NCBI GenBank assembly: GCA_963842945.1
Contig: CAWJIM010000018.1
Coordinates: 84,550-148,549 of the forward strand
DNA length: 64,000 bases
Source of the DNA: an uncultured Gemmatimonadales bacterium
GTDB lineage: Bacteria; Gemmatimonadota; Gemmatimonadetes; Gemmatimonadales; GWC2-71-9
Direction of reading: 5' to 3'
In this document: positions 40,501 to 52,225 of the stretch, in pieces
Layout: each line of letters begins with the position of its first letter
Position numbering within the stretch: position 1 is the stretch's first letter
Program-made: the position numbers and the translations under genes
The notes under the pieces: model-generated
The model's database searches: none
Told to the model about the DNA's origin: nothing
What the model saw: the letters and a program-made list of their open reading frames with translations, nothing else

Positions 40501-40783
40501 GAAAGGCTACAATTAGCCTTTGGCCCGACTGTGTTGTGTTACGGGGTGTTGCTGAGACTACGGGGAAATAGTCGTACAGGGCGCGATGGAATGACCACCG
40601 GGTAGCGATCATCTCGTTGTCATGAGTGCCCGCGCCGGATACAGAATCGTGACGTCAGTCACTTTTGTCAAGGGCCAAATTCCTAAGTCGTGCCTGAGTC
40701 ACGATCTACAAAGAAGTTGCGGATGGGAGGACTCCATCCCGTGGGCCGGAGCGGAAGACTCTGGCTGTTGGTCCCAATAACAC

Positions 40784-40810
40784 AGAACCCCCGGCGAAAC
40801 CGGGGGCTCT
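40784..40810 (-). terminator. Hairpin/probable terminator after paralog B
   Basis: AGAGCCCCCGG-TTTCG-CCGGGGGTTCT followed by GTGTTATT. Confidence 0.6.
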
Positions 40811-40832
40811 GGTCAAGTGCGGTGGGGAAATA

Positions 40833-42092
40833 TCAAGGGAAGCTGATCGTAACCTTGTTGGAACAGCGCGATGTTCCGGTCTCGCAGATCCAATAGGTAT
40901 ACTGGCCGGAGCTCTTGGGATGGTTTCTCCAGCGGCCGTCGTTCTCGATCGTCCTGCTGAGCGTTGCGTTGCGGTGCACTTTCACCGATGCGCCTGAGGC
41001 GCCCAACCAGGTGAGCACGTTGTAGCGAATCCGGTTCTGTACCATCGAGGTCACCTTGAGTGCAATGCCGCTGACTCCAGGCAGCGAAGGCGGTGGCGGC
41101 TCGTCCGGCGGAGGAGGAGGAGCAGATGCACCGTTTCCGCAGGAGCGGGACGCATGCGCCCGGGCCTTCTGCGCCAGGGAGGACATCGCCGTTCTGATTT
41201 CGGGCCGTGACATATACGAATCACGATACTGCCAGCTGATGAAGGCGCAGGGATAGCTGTCGGACAGGAGCGCCGAGCCCCAGGTCTCGAGCTGCTGCGG
41301 GCTGAGCTCGGTACCCTTTAGGGTTCCCAGGCTGATGTTCAGTCCCACCACCAGAGCCAGACCCTTGCTCTTGGCCGAGGCGACGTTGGCCGCGAGGAAC
41401 GCCCTGGGGTCGCCGAAACGCTCGGTGTACTGGGCCCAGGCCGCATCCAGGTACTTGTAGGTGGTAGTGAAATTGTCCATGTACGTCGGAGAGGCCCGTA
41501 CGATGGTGTTCATGCCAGGCCAGAGTGACTTGCTGTATTTGGCCATTTCGTCGACCATAGAGCCCGGAATCGGTTCGCCGTTCCAGTTTGCCGGATCATT
41601 GGGCTCATCGATCAGGTAGTGCCCGATGACAGTCCCATCGGCTACGTAGGAGCTGAGGTTCAGCCCTTTGTACCGATTGATCCGCTCCTTCCACAGGCTC
41701 AAGCTGAAGTGTCCCTGCCCGTCCCGGAAGTACTTTTGATCGCCCCCCATCGCGAGGATCACCCGGCCGCCCCGGGCCTTGATCTCGGCCAGAGTCCTCA
41801 GCATGAGGTCGGGAGAAATGTTCATCTTGGCGCCGTTGAGGACGTTGCCGAACGCCTCAGTGGGCTGAGCGAAAGTGCCGAAGGGAATCCCGCCGGCGAA
41901 GGTGGCGGAGAGCGAAGGCGCCACGGTGCTGGTGGCGACGGGGGCCGGCTCACTGAGGCTGATGACTTCTGGTTCGTCGGAGTTGGGTGCGACTTGGTCG
42001 GTGTTGCAGGCGGCGATGGCGGCGGTGAGCGCGATCAACGGCAATGCTCGGTGACCGGCGGTCCGTCGGGCCAACTTGAACAGGTAGGTCAT
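40833..42092 (-). CDS. Lipoprotein with putative TIM-barrel GH-like domain plus Pro linker and small C-terminal beta domain (paralog B)
   Basis: MTYLFKLARR N-terminus, IAAC lipobox, GHYLIDEP. Confidence 0.8.
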   Translation of the reverse strand: MTYLFKLARRTAGHRALPLIALTAAIAACNTDQVAPNSDEPEVISLSEPAPVATSTVAPSLSATFAGGIPFGTFAQPTEAFGNVLNGAKMNISPDLMLRTLAEIKARGGRVILAMGGDQKYFRDGQGHFSLSLWKERINRYKGLNLSSYVADGTVIGHYLIDEPNDPANWNGEPIPGSMVDEMAKYSKSLWPGMNTIVRASPTYMDNFTTTYKYLDAAWAQYTERFGDPRAFLAANVASAKSKGLALVVGLNISLGTLKGTELSPQQLETWGSALLSDSYPCAFISWQYRDSYMSRPEIRTAMSSLAQKARAHASRSCGNGASAPPPPPDEPPPPSLPGVSGIALKVTSMVQNRIRYNVLTWLGASGASVKVHRNATLSRTIENDGRWRNHPKSSGQYTYWICETGTSRCSNKVTISFP

Positions 42093-42126
42093 GCTGTCGC
42101 CTTCCGATAGCTGAGGGTGGCGGTAC

Positions 42127-42199
42127 GTCGCGGTCAGTTCGGTGGGCCGGCGCCGGCGTAGCGGTGCGGCGGCTCATCGAGATCGGGCTGACCCGAGGG
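42127..42199 (-). ncRNA. Candidate cis-regulatory leader RNA, copy B
   Basis: Conserved blocks shared with 40428..40500; 34 nt upstream of the ATG. Confidence 0.55.
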
Positions 42200-42421
42200 A
42201 CGAGAGAGGGACTCGACCCGAAGTACGGCGGCTACGGGACTTGCGCGGGTGGCCCTGAAGGCAGGCCCTGCCGCGTTGGTCGAGTATCGGTCAGGAACGT
42301 GGGAGCTTTAGCGCCTAGTGTGCGATTGGACTGACCAGCAGAGGTTCAGGACGGACCTTAGCAGCGCGGGGGGAGTGTGGCTGGGCGGCTTGAGCAGGCT
42401 AACTCGGCGGTCCCTTCGTGA

Positions 42422-45400
42422 TCAAGTTTCCTCATTTCGCACACTGCCTGGGGGTACCCCCACCGAGATCGTCTGCGCAGGCGGCGGCTCGTTCACTGTA
42501 TGCTGCGCGGTAGCGGAGCTGCCTTGGAAGCTCGCGTTTCCCTCATAGGTGGCGCTGATTGTTCGGCTGCCGGTTCCGTTGGGGGTGTAGCTGCAGTTCC
42601 CCGAGGGTGCACTTCCGGTGCAGCCGCCGCCACTTTCATCAGTGATGGTGACGGTGCCACCGGGAGTTCCTGACCCAGAGGTGACGGTGAAGCTCACGGT
42701 AATCTGCTGCCCCGGATCGGAGGGCTCAGGGTTGTGATTCGTGATGGTCGTGGTGGTGGCAGCCGGCTGTGGCGGCGGCGGTTCATTCACGGTGTGCTGG
42801 TCCGTGTCGCTGCTGCCCTGGAAGCTCTGGTTCCCCTCGTAGGTTGCAGTGATGGTTCGACTCCCACTCCCGCTGGGGGTATAGCTACAGCTGCCGGAGG
42901 GAGCATTCCCCGTACATCCGCCACCGTTCGCGTCACTTATTCGCACCGTCCCGTTCGGAGTGCCCGAACTCGAGGTCACGCTAAAGGTCACCGTGATCTG
43001 CTGCCCCGGATCCGATGGATCTGGATTGTCACTCGTGAGCTCCGTCGTCGTAGTTCGCCGGGGGCGGCGCCTTGGCCTCCGCGTCGTGGTCTCTGCTATC
43101 GGTGCCACCCCGATCGTCCGTCACCACCAGAGTGACCTTGTACTTGCCGGGCGTCGTGTACGTATGACTCGGATTCGTCTCAGTCGAGCTGGTGCCGTCG
43201 CCGAAGGTCCAGCTGTGGCTCTGGATCGTCCCGTCATCGTCGGTGCTGCGATCCTGGAACCCGCAGGTCATGTCAGTGCAGTGGACCTCGAATTCGGCAT
43301 GCGGCGCCTTGTTCTCAGGCGGTGGTGGGGGCGCCTTGGCCTCTGCGTCATGGTCCCTGCTATCGGTCCCACCCCGATCGTCCGTCACCACCAGAGTGAC
43401 CTTGTACTTGCCGGGCGTGGTGTACGTATGACTCGGATTCGTCTCCGTCGAATTAGTGCCGTCGCCAAAGCTCCAGCTGTGGCCCTGGATCGTCCCATCA
43501 TCGTCGGTGCTGCGATCCTGGAACGCGCAGGTCATGTCGGTGCAGTGGACCTCGAACTCCGCATGCGGCGCTTTGTTGGCCGGTGGCGGAGGCGGCGTCG
43601 CGGTGACCTGGTGGGTGACCGAGGCGCTGGCGCCGTCGTCGTCGGTCACGGTCAGCGTCACATTGTAGGTATTTGGGGCACCATACGTATGGTTCGGACT
43701 CCGCTGATCTGAGCTGCCGCCGTCTCCGAAGTTCCAGCTGTAGCTCCGGACCTGCCCGTCGCTGTCGCCGCTTCCATCCGAATTGAAGCCGCAGGTGAGC
43801 TGGTTGCAGGTCGCGCTGAACGCCGCAGTCGGAGGCTGATTCCCGGCGCGGGGGCGGCGGCGCATCCACCCGGTGCGATTCGGTATCGAAGCTCCCGGTG
43901 AGTCCCGCCGACCCGGCATACGTCGCCCGCAGGGTTCTGTTCCCTACGGTCGAGAGCGGCAGCGGGCAGCCTCCCGTCCCTCCCACCAGCGTTGCGTCGC
44001 AGCTCTCCACGCCATCGGTCACCGTCACCGTCCCGAGCGGTACCACCCCCACAGCCGTAACCTGGACCGTAACCGTCACCGCTCCGCCGGCCACCGACGG
44101 ATCGGGCGAGTCGCTGGTGATGGCGGTGCTGGTCGGAACAGTGCTGTACCACGATGACATCCGACGTCGCGCCGCCGAAGCCGCCCGCGGTGAACACCAG
44201 ACGGCGCGGCCCCTCCGCACCCGCGATGGCGAGATCGGTGTACGCCACCCGTCCATTCGCGTCGCTGCCGAGCTGGCGGGTGCCCAGCAGCTCACCGCCG
44301 CCTCCGGCGAGCTGGGCGGTCACGACGACGCCCGGTTGGGGGTTCCCTGCCCCGTCCCGTACCTGGATCACCGGCTGCCGCTCCAGCGCCTGTCCGTTGG
44401 TGGCCGAGCCGGAGGGCTGGGTCACGATGACCAGTCCAGCCGGGCGAGCAGCGGTTCCGATCGCGGTGAAGTGCACCACCCCTACACCCGACACCACCGC
44501 GTCCACCCGATTCTCCCCCGGGTTTGGACCCAGCGTCCAGCGGGAGGAGCTGCGGCCGGCCTCATCGGTGACGGTATTTTCGGGCGAGACCCCGCCGCCT
44601 CCGGTTCCCACCACCCAGGTCACGGCCGCCCCGGGGACGCCGTTCCCGCCAGCATCCACCAGCCGTACTACCAGATCCCCGGGAAGCGTGCTCCCGGCCT
44701 GCGCCGTCTGCCCGTCGCCGGAGACGACTGAGAGACCGGCTGCGCTTCCGGCGGTAGCATTATGAGTGAAGGTGACCGGGGATCCGGCGAGCCCCTCCGA
44801 TGTGGCCACGGTGGTCTGGATTCCGGCGGTGGGCCCCAGAGTGCGCTGAACCGACGCGCGTCCGTCGGCATCGGTTTGATTCGACGCCACACTGACGCTT
44901 CCCCCGCCTTCGGCTGCCCAGTTGATCGGCACCCCGGCGATGGGATTGCCGAATGCGTCGCTCACCTGCACTACCAGCGGCTGGCTCAGCGCCGTGCCGG
45001 CTGGCGCGGTCTGGTCGTCGCCCGAGAGCGCAGTGATTCCGTTGGCGTTCTCCGAGAGCGCAGTAGATGTGAAGTTAGTCGTCGGCCCGGGCGACCCATC
45101 GGGCATCACCACCCGGGCCTGCCCCACTTGCGCGCCGATCGTAGTGCCCAGCACCACGCGGATCGCCGCCCGTCCGTCCGCGTTGGTCTCTGTCGTATCG
45201 GGCACCACATCCGCCCCCGGCACCGAGCTGAGGTCGAACACGATCCGGGCACCCTCGACCGGGCGAAGCCGCGAGTCGCTCACCATGAAGGAAACGGAAT
45301 CGGCCAGCGGCTCGCCCACCCGCCCGCTTTGCCCATCGTTCTCCGCCCGGATCGAGACCGGCTGTCCGTCGCCCGGGAGCAGCAGGAGGTCAGACCCCTC

Positions 45401-45508
45401 GCCGCAGGCGGCGGCGAGCAGCACGGCGCATGCGGCCAGGATGGCGTTCAAGGGCGCCCGGCGGCTAGACGGGGTCTCCGGATCGAGGCAAGCGGCGGGG
45501 AGTGGCAC
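42422..45508 (-). CDS. Large surface lipoprotein with Big_1/Ig-like and PKD domains (several apparent frameshifts)
   Basis: LAAC lipobox; SGDDQTA..G..L..PLVV.V.D..GN repeats; WNFGDG/WSFGDG PKD motifs spread over four ORF pieces. Confidence 0.8.
43066..43577. repeat. Tandem 264-bp duplication encoding two PKD domains
   Basis: Near-identical DNA at 43066-43313 and 43330-43577 (NKAPHAEFEVHCTDMTC... twice). Confidence 0.9.
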
Positions 45509-45646
45509 GGGTTAGACTCTCTACACGCCCAAGGGGAGGCGCCTAAGCGGGTTAAACGGCTGCTGGGTGAAAGCCCTAAGTCGACAAACCCGGCCGAGAA
45601 TGAAGCTAGTGACTGCTCGCTTTTCCAGTGGTGATGGCTGACACGC

Positions 45647-45922
45647 TCATTCTGCGCGGGGCGCCGGCTCCAGCATCAGCTGGTCGGCGTAACACCAGGC
45701 CCAGTCTTCCCCCGGCTCCAGGCTTCGGACCAGCGGGTGGTGCGAGCTGCGGAAGTGTTTGGTGGCATGCTTGTTGGGCGACGAATCGCAGCAGCCGACG
45801 TGGCCGCAGGAAAGACAAAGCCGGAGATGAACCCACCAGCTGCCGGTCTTGAGGCATTCCTCACATCCAGCGGGAGTGTTCGGGGTCACCGGGCGAATCT
45901 GATCGAGGTGGGTGCAGGTCAT
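45647..45922 (-). CDS. UBP-type zinc finger protein
   Basis: CTHL, GCEECL, WVHLRLCLSCGHVGCCDSSPNKHA..H, WAWCY.D. Confidence 0.93.
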   Translation of the reverse strand: MTCTHLDQIRPVTPNTPAGCEECLKTGSWWVHLRLCLSCGHVGCCDSSPNKHATKHFRSSHHPLVRSLEPGEDWAWCYADQLMLEPAPRAE

Positions 45923-45994
45923 ATTCAGTCCGCAGTCCTCAGTCGACGGTCCTCAGTGCGTGCAACGCATGCTTCGGGTACTCAGAGTCTTGGA

Positions 45995-46969
45995 TCACTC
46001 ACCACTTTTACCTGACGACCGCGGACTGGCAACTGGCAACTTTCTCTCCAGCGCGCTTCGGTCCCAGCCTCCCAGATTGGCCCCGGCTTCGTAGGTCGAC
46101 TGAAGAAACTCCAGCAGCAATTCCTCGGGACGACCGGCCGTGCGCACCGCATCGTATGGCAGAACGAATTCTTTCAGGTCCGGGCTGTAGTACGCTGCGT
46201 CAGGTTGAATCCGCCCCTCGGCGAACCCGGCCGGTTCCGGATAGCAGTAAGCATAAAACGCCGGCTCCATTAGCGCACCACCTCCGGGCCACCAGCCGGC
46301 GCTGATACACTCGTGGGAATAGGCCTCGCGCACCGCCCAGTCCGGCAGATTGGGGACCCCGCCCGGGTGAGTCGGCGCGGTCCGGCCGCTGAACCGGGTG
46401 CAGGCCAGATCGAAGGCCCCCCAGAAGAAGTGGACGGGGCTGCACTTTCCGATGAACCGGCCCCGAAACTCCTGCAGCACCCGGCTGGCCTGGGCAAGCG
46501 CGGTCCAGCAGCGGTGCACCGCGTCGCGGTCGTAGGAGTGATGCTGGCTGTCGTCGGTGAAGCGCAGCGTGTCTGCCATCTCCCGGGGAACCGGCCAGAT
46601 CTTTACCGGCGCGCCGGCCGCCCGCAGCAGCGCCATGTAATCCCGATAAAAGTCGGCAACGGACTGGGGAGCCAGCCGCATGCTCTGGACGGCGCCGTCA
46701 CTGGTGCGGGCTATCAGCTGGTGATCGATGAAATCGAATTCGACCTCGAGCCATCGGTCTCCGTACGGCATAGCCGAGGTGGTGAGTCCTCGGCTGGAGA
46801 GATAGAGGGTGACGTGCCACCAGTGGTTGACCGATGGTGCCAGCGCGAGGCGCGTCTTCCCTACGATTTGGAACCAGCGATGGAGAGTGGTCTGCGTGTC
46901 TTGCCACTCAGCGAGCGGAAGCGCGGGCCAACCGGCCTGTTCTGGGGAACGAGCGGGAATAGTGGTCAC
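45995..46969 (-). CDS. DUF5996 family protein
   Basis: TLHRWFQIVGK, NHWWHV, SPVHFFWGAFDLA.TRFSGR, EAYSHE. Confidence 0.88.
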   Translation of the reverse strand: MTTIPARSPEQAGWPALPLAEWQDTQTTLHRWFQIVGKTRLALAPSVNHWWHVTLYLSSRGLTTSAMPYGDRWLEVEFDFIDHQLIARTSDGAVQSMRLAPQSVADFYRDYMALLRAAGAPVKIWPVPREMADTLRFTDDSQHHSYDRDAVHRCWTALAQASRVLQEFRGRFIGKCSPVHFFWGAFDLACTRFSGRTAPTHPGGVPNLPDWAVREAYSHECISAGWWPGGGALMEPAFYAYCYPEPAGFAEGRIQPDAAYYSPDLKEFVLPYDAVRTAGRPEELLLEFLQSTYEAGANLGGWDRSALERKLPVASPRSSGKSGE

Positions 46970-49240
46970 TCTGCGGGGTTCACCTGGATTGTAGCAACGC
47001 CGGTGCTCTCTCCTCCTCGACCATCGATCACCGTGTACTCGAAACTATCGGGTCCCGTGAAGCCCCCAGCTGGCGTGTAGTCAAAAGACCCATCCGCCCC
47101 GATCACCACATTACCCTGCTCCCTCGTGGACTTCGCTTCGGGGACGGTGCTCAGGTTGTCGCCATCGATGTCGCTGTCGTTCGCAAGCAAGCTGGCCACA
47201 TCCTGTCCCGGAGCTCGAAGTTGAGTTCCGACGCTGGTAATGTAGGAGTCGTTCTCGGCAGTCGGAGAAGTGTTCGCGGCCGCCGCGGAACAGATCACGT
47301 CAAACTGGACGTTCTTCTGATCTCCCGCAGCAACATCTACCGATCGAGGGTTGTCACTCTGGACACTACAATTGCTCGCATTCCCACTGAGAGTCACGTT
47401 GTGACCGCCTGGCGTCACGTTGTCAAAGGTCACAGGGTTGCCATCGCTTATCTGACGCCCGGATCCGGCACCATCGAGGGTGACCTCGTAGCCATCATCC
47501 AGGTCGTCTCCAGTAGTTGAGACGCTTACCTCGATGCTCCCAGTGGTGGCATCGCATACGACTTCGAAGCCCACATTCTCGGTGTTATTGGCGGTGACTG
47601 TAACCGTCCGCGGCGTTATCACCCTGAATGTTGCAGTTCTCGGCCTCGCCCGACAGCTGCACCGTGTGCTGCCCCGGAGTCAGATCAGGAACGGTGACGG
47701 CATCGCTGGTGCCGATGTGTCGGGCCGAGCCGCCATCCACAACGAAATCATATCCGTTGTTGTCCTGATCCTCGCCCGATGTCGACGTCGTGACCCGGAT
47801 GGCGCCGGTTTGAGCTGGAATAGGAGTGCACGTAATCGTGTAGTTGACGGGTGAGTTCTGACCATCCAGCACAGTCACCCCGCGGGCATTGGTTCCCGCG
47901 ATCTGGCAGTTTCCAGCTACGCCGTCCAGCTGAACCACGTAGCTCCCCGGAGCCAAGCCCTGAATCGTCTGCTGGCCGGCGGCCGGAACCGAGGCAAGCG
48001 CGTCCCCATTGACCAGCACCGAGTATCCGTCGGGATCGAGATCTGACCCGCTGGTCTCGGTGGTCACAAGAATGCTCCCGCTTCCACCGCCTGTCTCGCT
48101 GCAGGTTACGGCAAACCTGACGTCGGCGGTGCGACCCGTTGTCACCGCAATTTGCCTGGCCGGCCCCTCACTCACCGAGCAGTTCTCCGCAATATCCGTC
48201 AGCATGACTGCGTGACTGCCGACGGCGACATCGTTGAATCGCAGCGAGCCATCCGGATCGATGTGCTGCCCTGTTCCGCCATCCAGGGTTACCTGATAGC
48301 CGTTGGGATCGGCCGGGCTACCCGAGGTGGCCACCGTAACCCGGATCGATCCCGCTGGGCGGGTGCACGAGACATTGAAGGTCACATCGTTCGAGCCGCC
48401 GCCCGGGACGTTGACCGTGCGCGAGCTGGTCCCCTGGACCCGGCAATCGTCGGACAGTCCTGAGAGCTCCACCAGGTGGGCGCCCGCAGCCAGGTTGGTG
48501 ATGGTGGCCGTTGCGTTCGCCCCGATCGGCTGATTGTCTCCTCGGTCGAGCGAGAAGCTGTAGCCGTCCGGGTCGGGACTGTCGCCGGTAGTCGCCGTGA
48601 TGACTCGCAGGGTGCCGGCATTCGCGGGCGGCGCCGAGCAGGTGATGGCGTAGTCCACCGGCGCGCTGCTCCCGGGAGCTACTGTCACCGGCCGCAGATT
48701 GTCGCCCTGAAGACTGCAATTCCCCGCCAATCCGCTCAGGCCCACCACGTGGTTGCCCAGCCCGAGGCCGGTAAGGCTGAGCTGGCCGTTGGCCGGGACC
48801 GCACCCTGGTCCACGCCGTCCAGAACCACCCCGTATCCGTCGGGATCGGGGGCGGCACCGGTGGTGACAGTAGTGATCACCACCCCGCCACTGGTGGCAC
48901 TACATGCCACGGCGAAGGTGCTTGTTGTAGTTTGTCCGGCGTCGATCCGGACGGTGCGGGGGTTTTCGGCGACACTGCAGTTCGGCGCAAGGCCATCGAG
49001 CCGAATTGTGTGGTCGCCCGGCTCCAGCTCGGACCGCGCGATGGTGGCGGCCGCTCCGATGGGCTGGGGCACCTCTCCATCGAGCTGGACGGTGTAGCCG
49101 TCCGGGTCAGGCTCATCGCCCGCGGTGGTGGTGGTAACTTGGAGGGTGCCCTTGGTGGGCGGGATCTGAATGCCCCCATCGCCCCCTCCGCACCCGCTCA
49201 GAGCGAGGAGGAGAAGGCTGCAAGCTGCGACTGGCGCCAA
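46966..49240 (-). CDS. Lipoprotein with tandem ~90-aa Ig-like repeats and a C-terminal cadherin/Big_9-like domain; apparent frameshift ~47620
   Basis: LSGC lipobox; repeated TTG...DPDGY...LSG...NC; C-terminal NDSD.DGD...FDYTP..GFTG.DSF.Y. Confidence 0.8.
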
Positions 49241-49559
49241 AGCGAGTCAAACCTGCTGGTTCGCGAGACCGCATGCGCGAACTCCTAGTAGGGCAAGGGG
49301 CAATACGGAAAGGTCCTGCGCCTGAACCAGATAAGGTAGCTGCCACCTGGCCGCCGGATAGAGGGAAGCTCCAGAGCATTGGCTTCTCCCGCGAGTCTGT
49401 CCCGGCTGTAAGTTCCCCTCCACAGTCAAGGAATGGTCAAGTCTCCGGCCGCGCTGTGACCCAGACCCACCGCAGCCTCAGGCGTCTTTGCTTATTCCTT
49501 ACCAGTGTCGAACTGAAACCACACGGTGGAGGCCGGGGCGACCCGGGAGGCCTTACCTG

Positions 49560-51433
49560 ATGCGTGCATGGATCGCCCTGGTTCTGGGGCTGCTGGTCCT
49601 TGATGGCTGCGGGGGCGATGAAGGTGGTGTCGGGCCACCCTCGGTCGGCAATCTCACGATTACCACCGGTACCACTGGCGAGCCGGCGTCCGGAGGCGGC
49701 CTATAACTACGCGCTGGACGGCGGGACGGCTGTTCCGATCGGTCTTAACGCTACCGCCACCCTGACCGACATCGAAACCGGTTCCCATACAGTCACCCTG
49801 AGCGGGCTGCCCGAGGGCTGCACAGTCGAGGGAGAGAACCTCGTCACCGTGACGATCACCGGCGGCGAAACCGCGGCGGTCTCCTTCGCGGTAACCTGCG
49901 TACCTCCAATCGGCAGTATCCAGGTGACCACCGCCTCCACCGGGCCGGCCCCGGAGAGCTACACGCTGCTGCTCGATGGAACAGCCCAGGGGAGCATCGG
50001 GTCCAGCGTCGGCCAGACGCTGGCCAACATTGCGGCCGGCCCCCATGCCGTGGGTTTGGCCGAGGTGCCCGGCAACTGCACCGTGGCGGAGACCAACCCC
50101 CAGACGGTGACCGTGACGATGGGGGCAACCGCCTCGGTGACCTTCACCGTTGTCTGCAGCCCGGCGCCTCCGGTGACCGGCAGCCTCGAGATCCTGGCCA
50201 GCACCAGCGGCGAGGAGCCCGATGGCTATCAAGTCACGGTCGATGGGGCGGCCTCTCAGGCGCTGGGCGCCAACGCCTCCATCACGGTGCTCAACCTCGC
50301 CGCCGGCAGCCACACCGTACTGCTGGGCGACGTGGAGCCGACCTGCACGGTCGGGGGAGAGAACCCGCGGAGCGTCAACGTGCCTGCCGGTGGAACGGCT
50401 ATGGTGACCTTTACCGTCACCTGTGACCGGAGTTCCGGCGCCCTCCCGCATTGCCTTCACTTCGGTGCGGAACGGCACCGGCGCGATCATGGTGGTGAAC
50501 CCGGATGGCAGTGGGCTCACCCGGCTGAGTCCGGGTTCGGGCGGCGACTTCTTCCCGGTGTGGTCGCCCGATGGGCACAAGCTGGTGTTCAGCATGGCCA
50601 GCGGCGATCTCTGGGTGATGAATGCCGACGGCACCGGCCGCACCAAGCTGGCCCTGGGCTCCATCAGTCAGTACCGGTGGTCGCCGGATGGAACCCGGAT
50701 TGCCTTCATCCGGGATCGCGTGACCGGCCAGAATGTCTTCGACGATCTCTGGGTGATCGGGTCGGACGGGAACAGGGAGACCCGGGTCGCGGCCAACGCG
50801 ACGTACCCCTCCTGGTCGCCCGATGGGCAGCGGATTGCCTATGCCAGCTCCAATCTGAGCGACAACGGCATCCACGTGGTCACGGTGAATGGAACCGGAG
50901 ACATCAAGATCACGCCCGCCGAGGTAGGGGGGTTCGAGACTGCATGGGCGCCGGACGGGAGCGTGATTGCCTTTGCCAGCCTGGGCGACAAGGACATCCT
51001 GCTGATCAATCCGGACGGAAGTGGGCTGATCAATCTGACGAACGGCGTGGGGGAGGACGACGGTCCGGTGTGGTCACCCGACAGCAGGCGAATCCTGTTC
51101 ACCACCAATCCGGAGGACGATCCGCTGGACAGCGAGATCGCCGTGATGAATCGGGATGGGTCCGGCCGGGCCTCCCTTACGGCCCACGTGGGCTTCGACC
51201 TCAGTCCCGACTGGTCGCCCGATGGCTCCCAGATCGTCTACACCGAAGCGAATCAAGTCGACGCCGAAATTCTGGTGATGAATGCGGACGGCAGCGCGAA
51301 GCTGAATGTCAGCAACGACCCCGCGGCTGAGGATGGCTTTGCCGACTGGGGCGGCGGCGGGAACTTCGGTTTTGTGCGGTCGAGCAGTTCCGGGCAGAGT
51401 CTCCGGGAGCGGCTGCTGTTCAAGCGGTTCTAA
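49560..51433 (+). CDS. Lipoprotein with Ig-like repeats and a TolB-like (PD40) beta-propeller; apparent frameshifts ~49700 and ~50440
   Basis: MRAWIALVLGLLVLDGC; the same repeat type as the divergent gene; multiple WSPDG repeats. Confidence 0.8.
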
Positions 51434-51475
51434 ACGGCGGAGTGGACCCTCTGTCACCGGGGTCTCGCCTGGTGG

Positions 51476-52111
51476 CTATCGCCTCCGCTTCAACCGCCTC
51501 CTGATTGACCGAAGCGCTCGCCGCGGCGGGCTCATGAGCCTCCTCGCGAAGATCTCCGCCTTGCTGCGATGGGGAAACGTGCCCCGAAACTCCGCGACGG
51601 CGACGCCGGGAAGCAGCGGCACGGCTCGCTCGTAGATCTCTCGTTGGCGCTTCATCCACACGACGTCGTGCCTCGTCCGAGGCAGCTGCTCCAGGCGGTT
51701 CGCGAGATCCAGGGCCATCAGGTCTGCGAGCTGCGCCAGGCTGAGCGGCATCTCCCCGCCGTCCCGTGTCTTCACCGCGTACGGGGCGCCCACGTCGAGG
51801 TTTCGATAGAGCGATTGTCGCGACAGGACGCAGTAGAGGTAGGCGATCTCCTCGGCCCGTTCCCCGATTGCTTCCCGAACCTCGTCGCGAGCCTCGAGCG
51901 GCACGGTCCGCTTCTGGAATTTCTCCGTCCCGTACACGCTGTGGTAGAGGCCCGCCCGACACAGGTCCTTACTGCACCCCCATCGGTCGAGTTGCTCATA
52001 GGTCCCGCGCAGATGCTCGTCAAGGGTGCCGCTGGGATGCTCAACGGAGACCGCCCCAAATCGCTCGAGCAGCTCCACCGCACGCGCGTACATCGGGTCG
52101 TCGGCCGGCAT
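51476..52111 (-). CDS. DUF6817-like (HD-related) protein
   Basis: H..GTLDEHLRGT...W....CRAGLYHSVYGT...IGERAEEIAYLYC. Confidence 0.75.
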   Translation of the reverse strand: MPADDPMYARAVELLERFGAVSVEHPSGTLDEHLRGTYEQLDRWGCSKDLCRAGLYHSVYGTEKFQKRTVPLEARDEVREAIGERAEEIAYLYCVLSRQSLYRNLDVGAPYAVKTRDGGEMPLSLAQLADLMALDLANRLEQLPRTRHDVVWMKRQREIYERAVPLLPGVAVAEFRGTFPHRSKAEIFARRLMSPPRRALRSIRRRLKRRR

Positions 52112-52198
52112 GGCGTCCTCTGGGTACGTTTAGCTACGAGGAGTGTCCCTGAAATAGCTTAAGTAGATAGCATGGTTAGCAGACTTCTCTCTGGCAAG

Positions 52199-52225
52199 AC
52201 TGGACCACAAACTGGACCAGACTGG
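52199..52225. repeat. ACTGGACCA direct repeats (integrase arm-type-like)
   Basis: ACTGGACCA-CAA-ACTGGACCA-G-ACTGG; the same motif recurs at 56618 and 56771-56791. Confidence 0.7.

Noticed and set aside
52111..52130. Second att core (CCTCTGGG shared with the tRNA fragment)
   Set aside because: Only 8 nt match, and it coincides with the RBS of the DUF6817-like gene.
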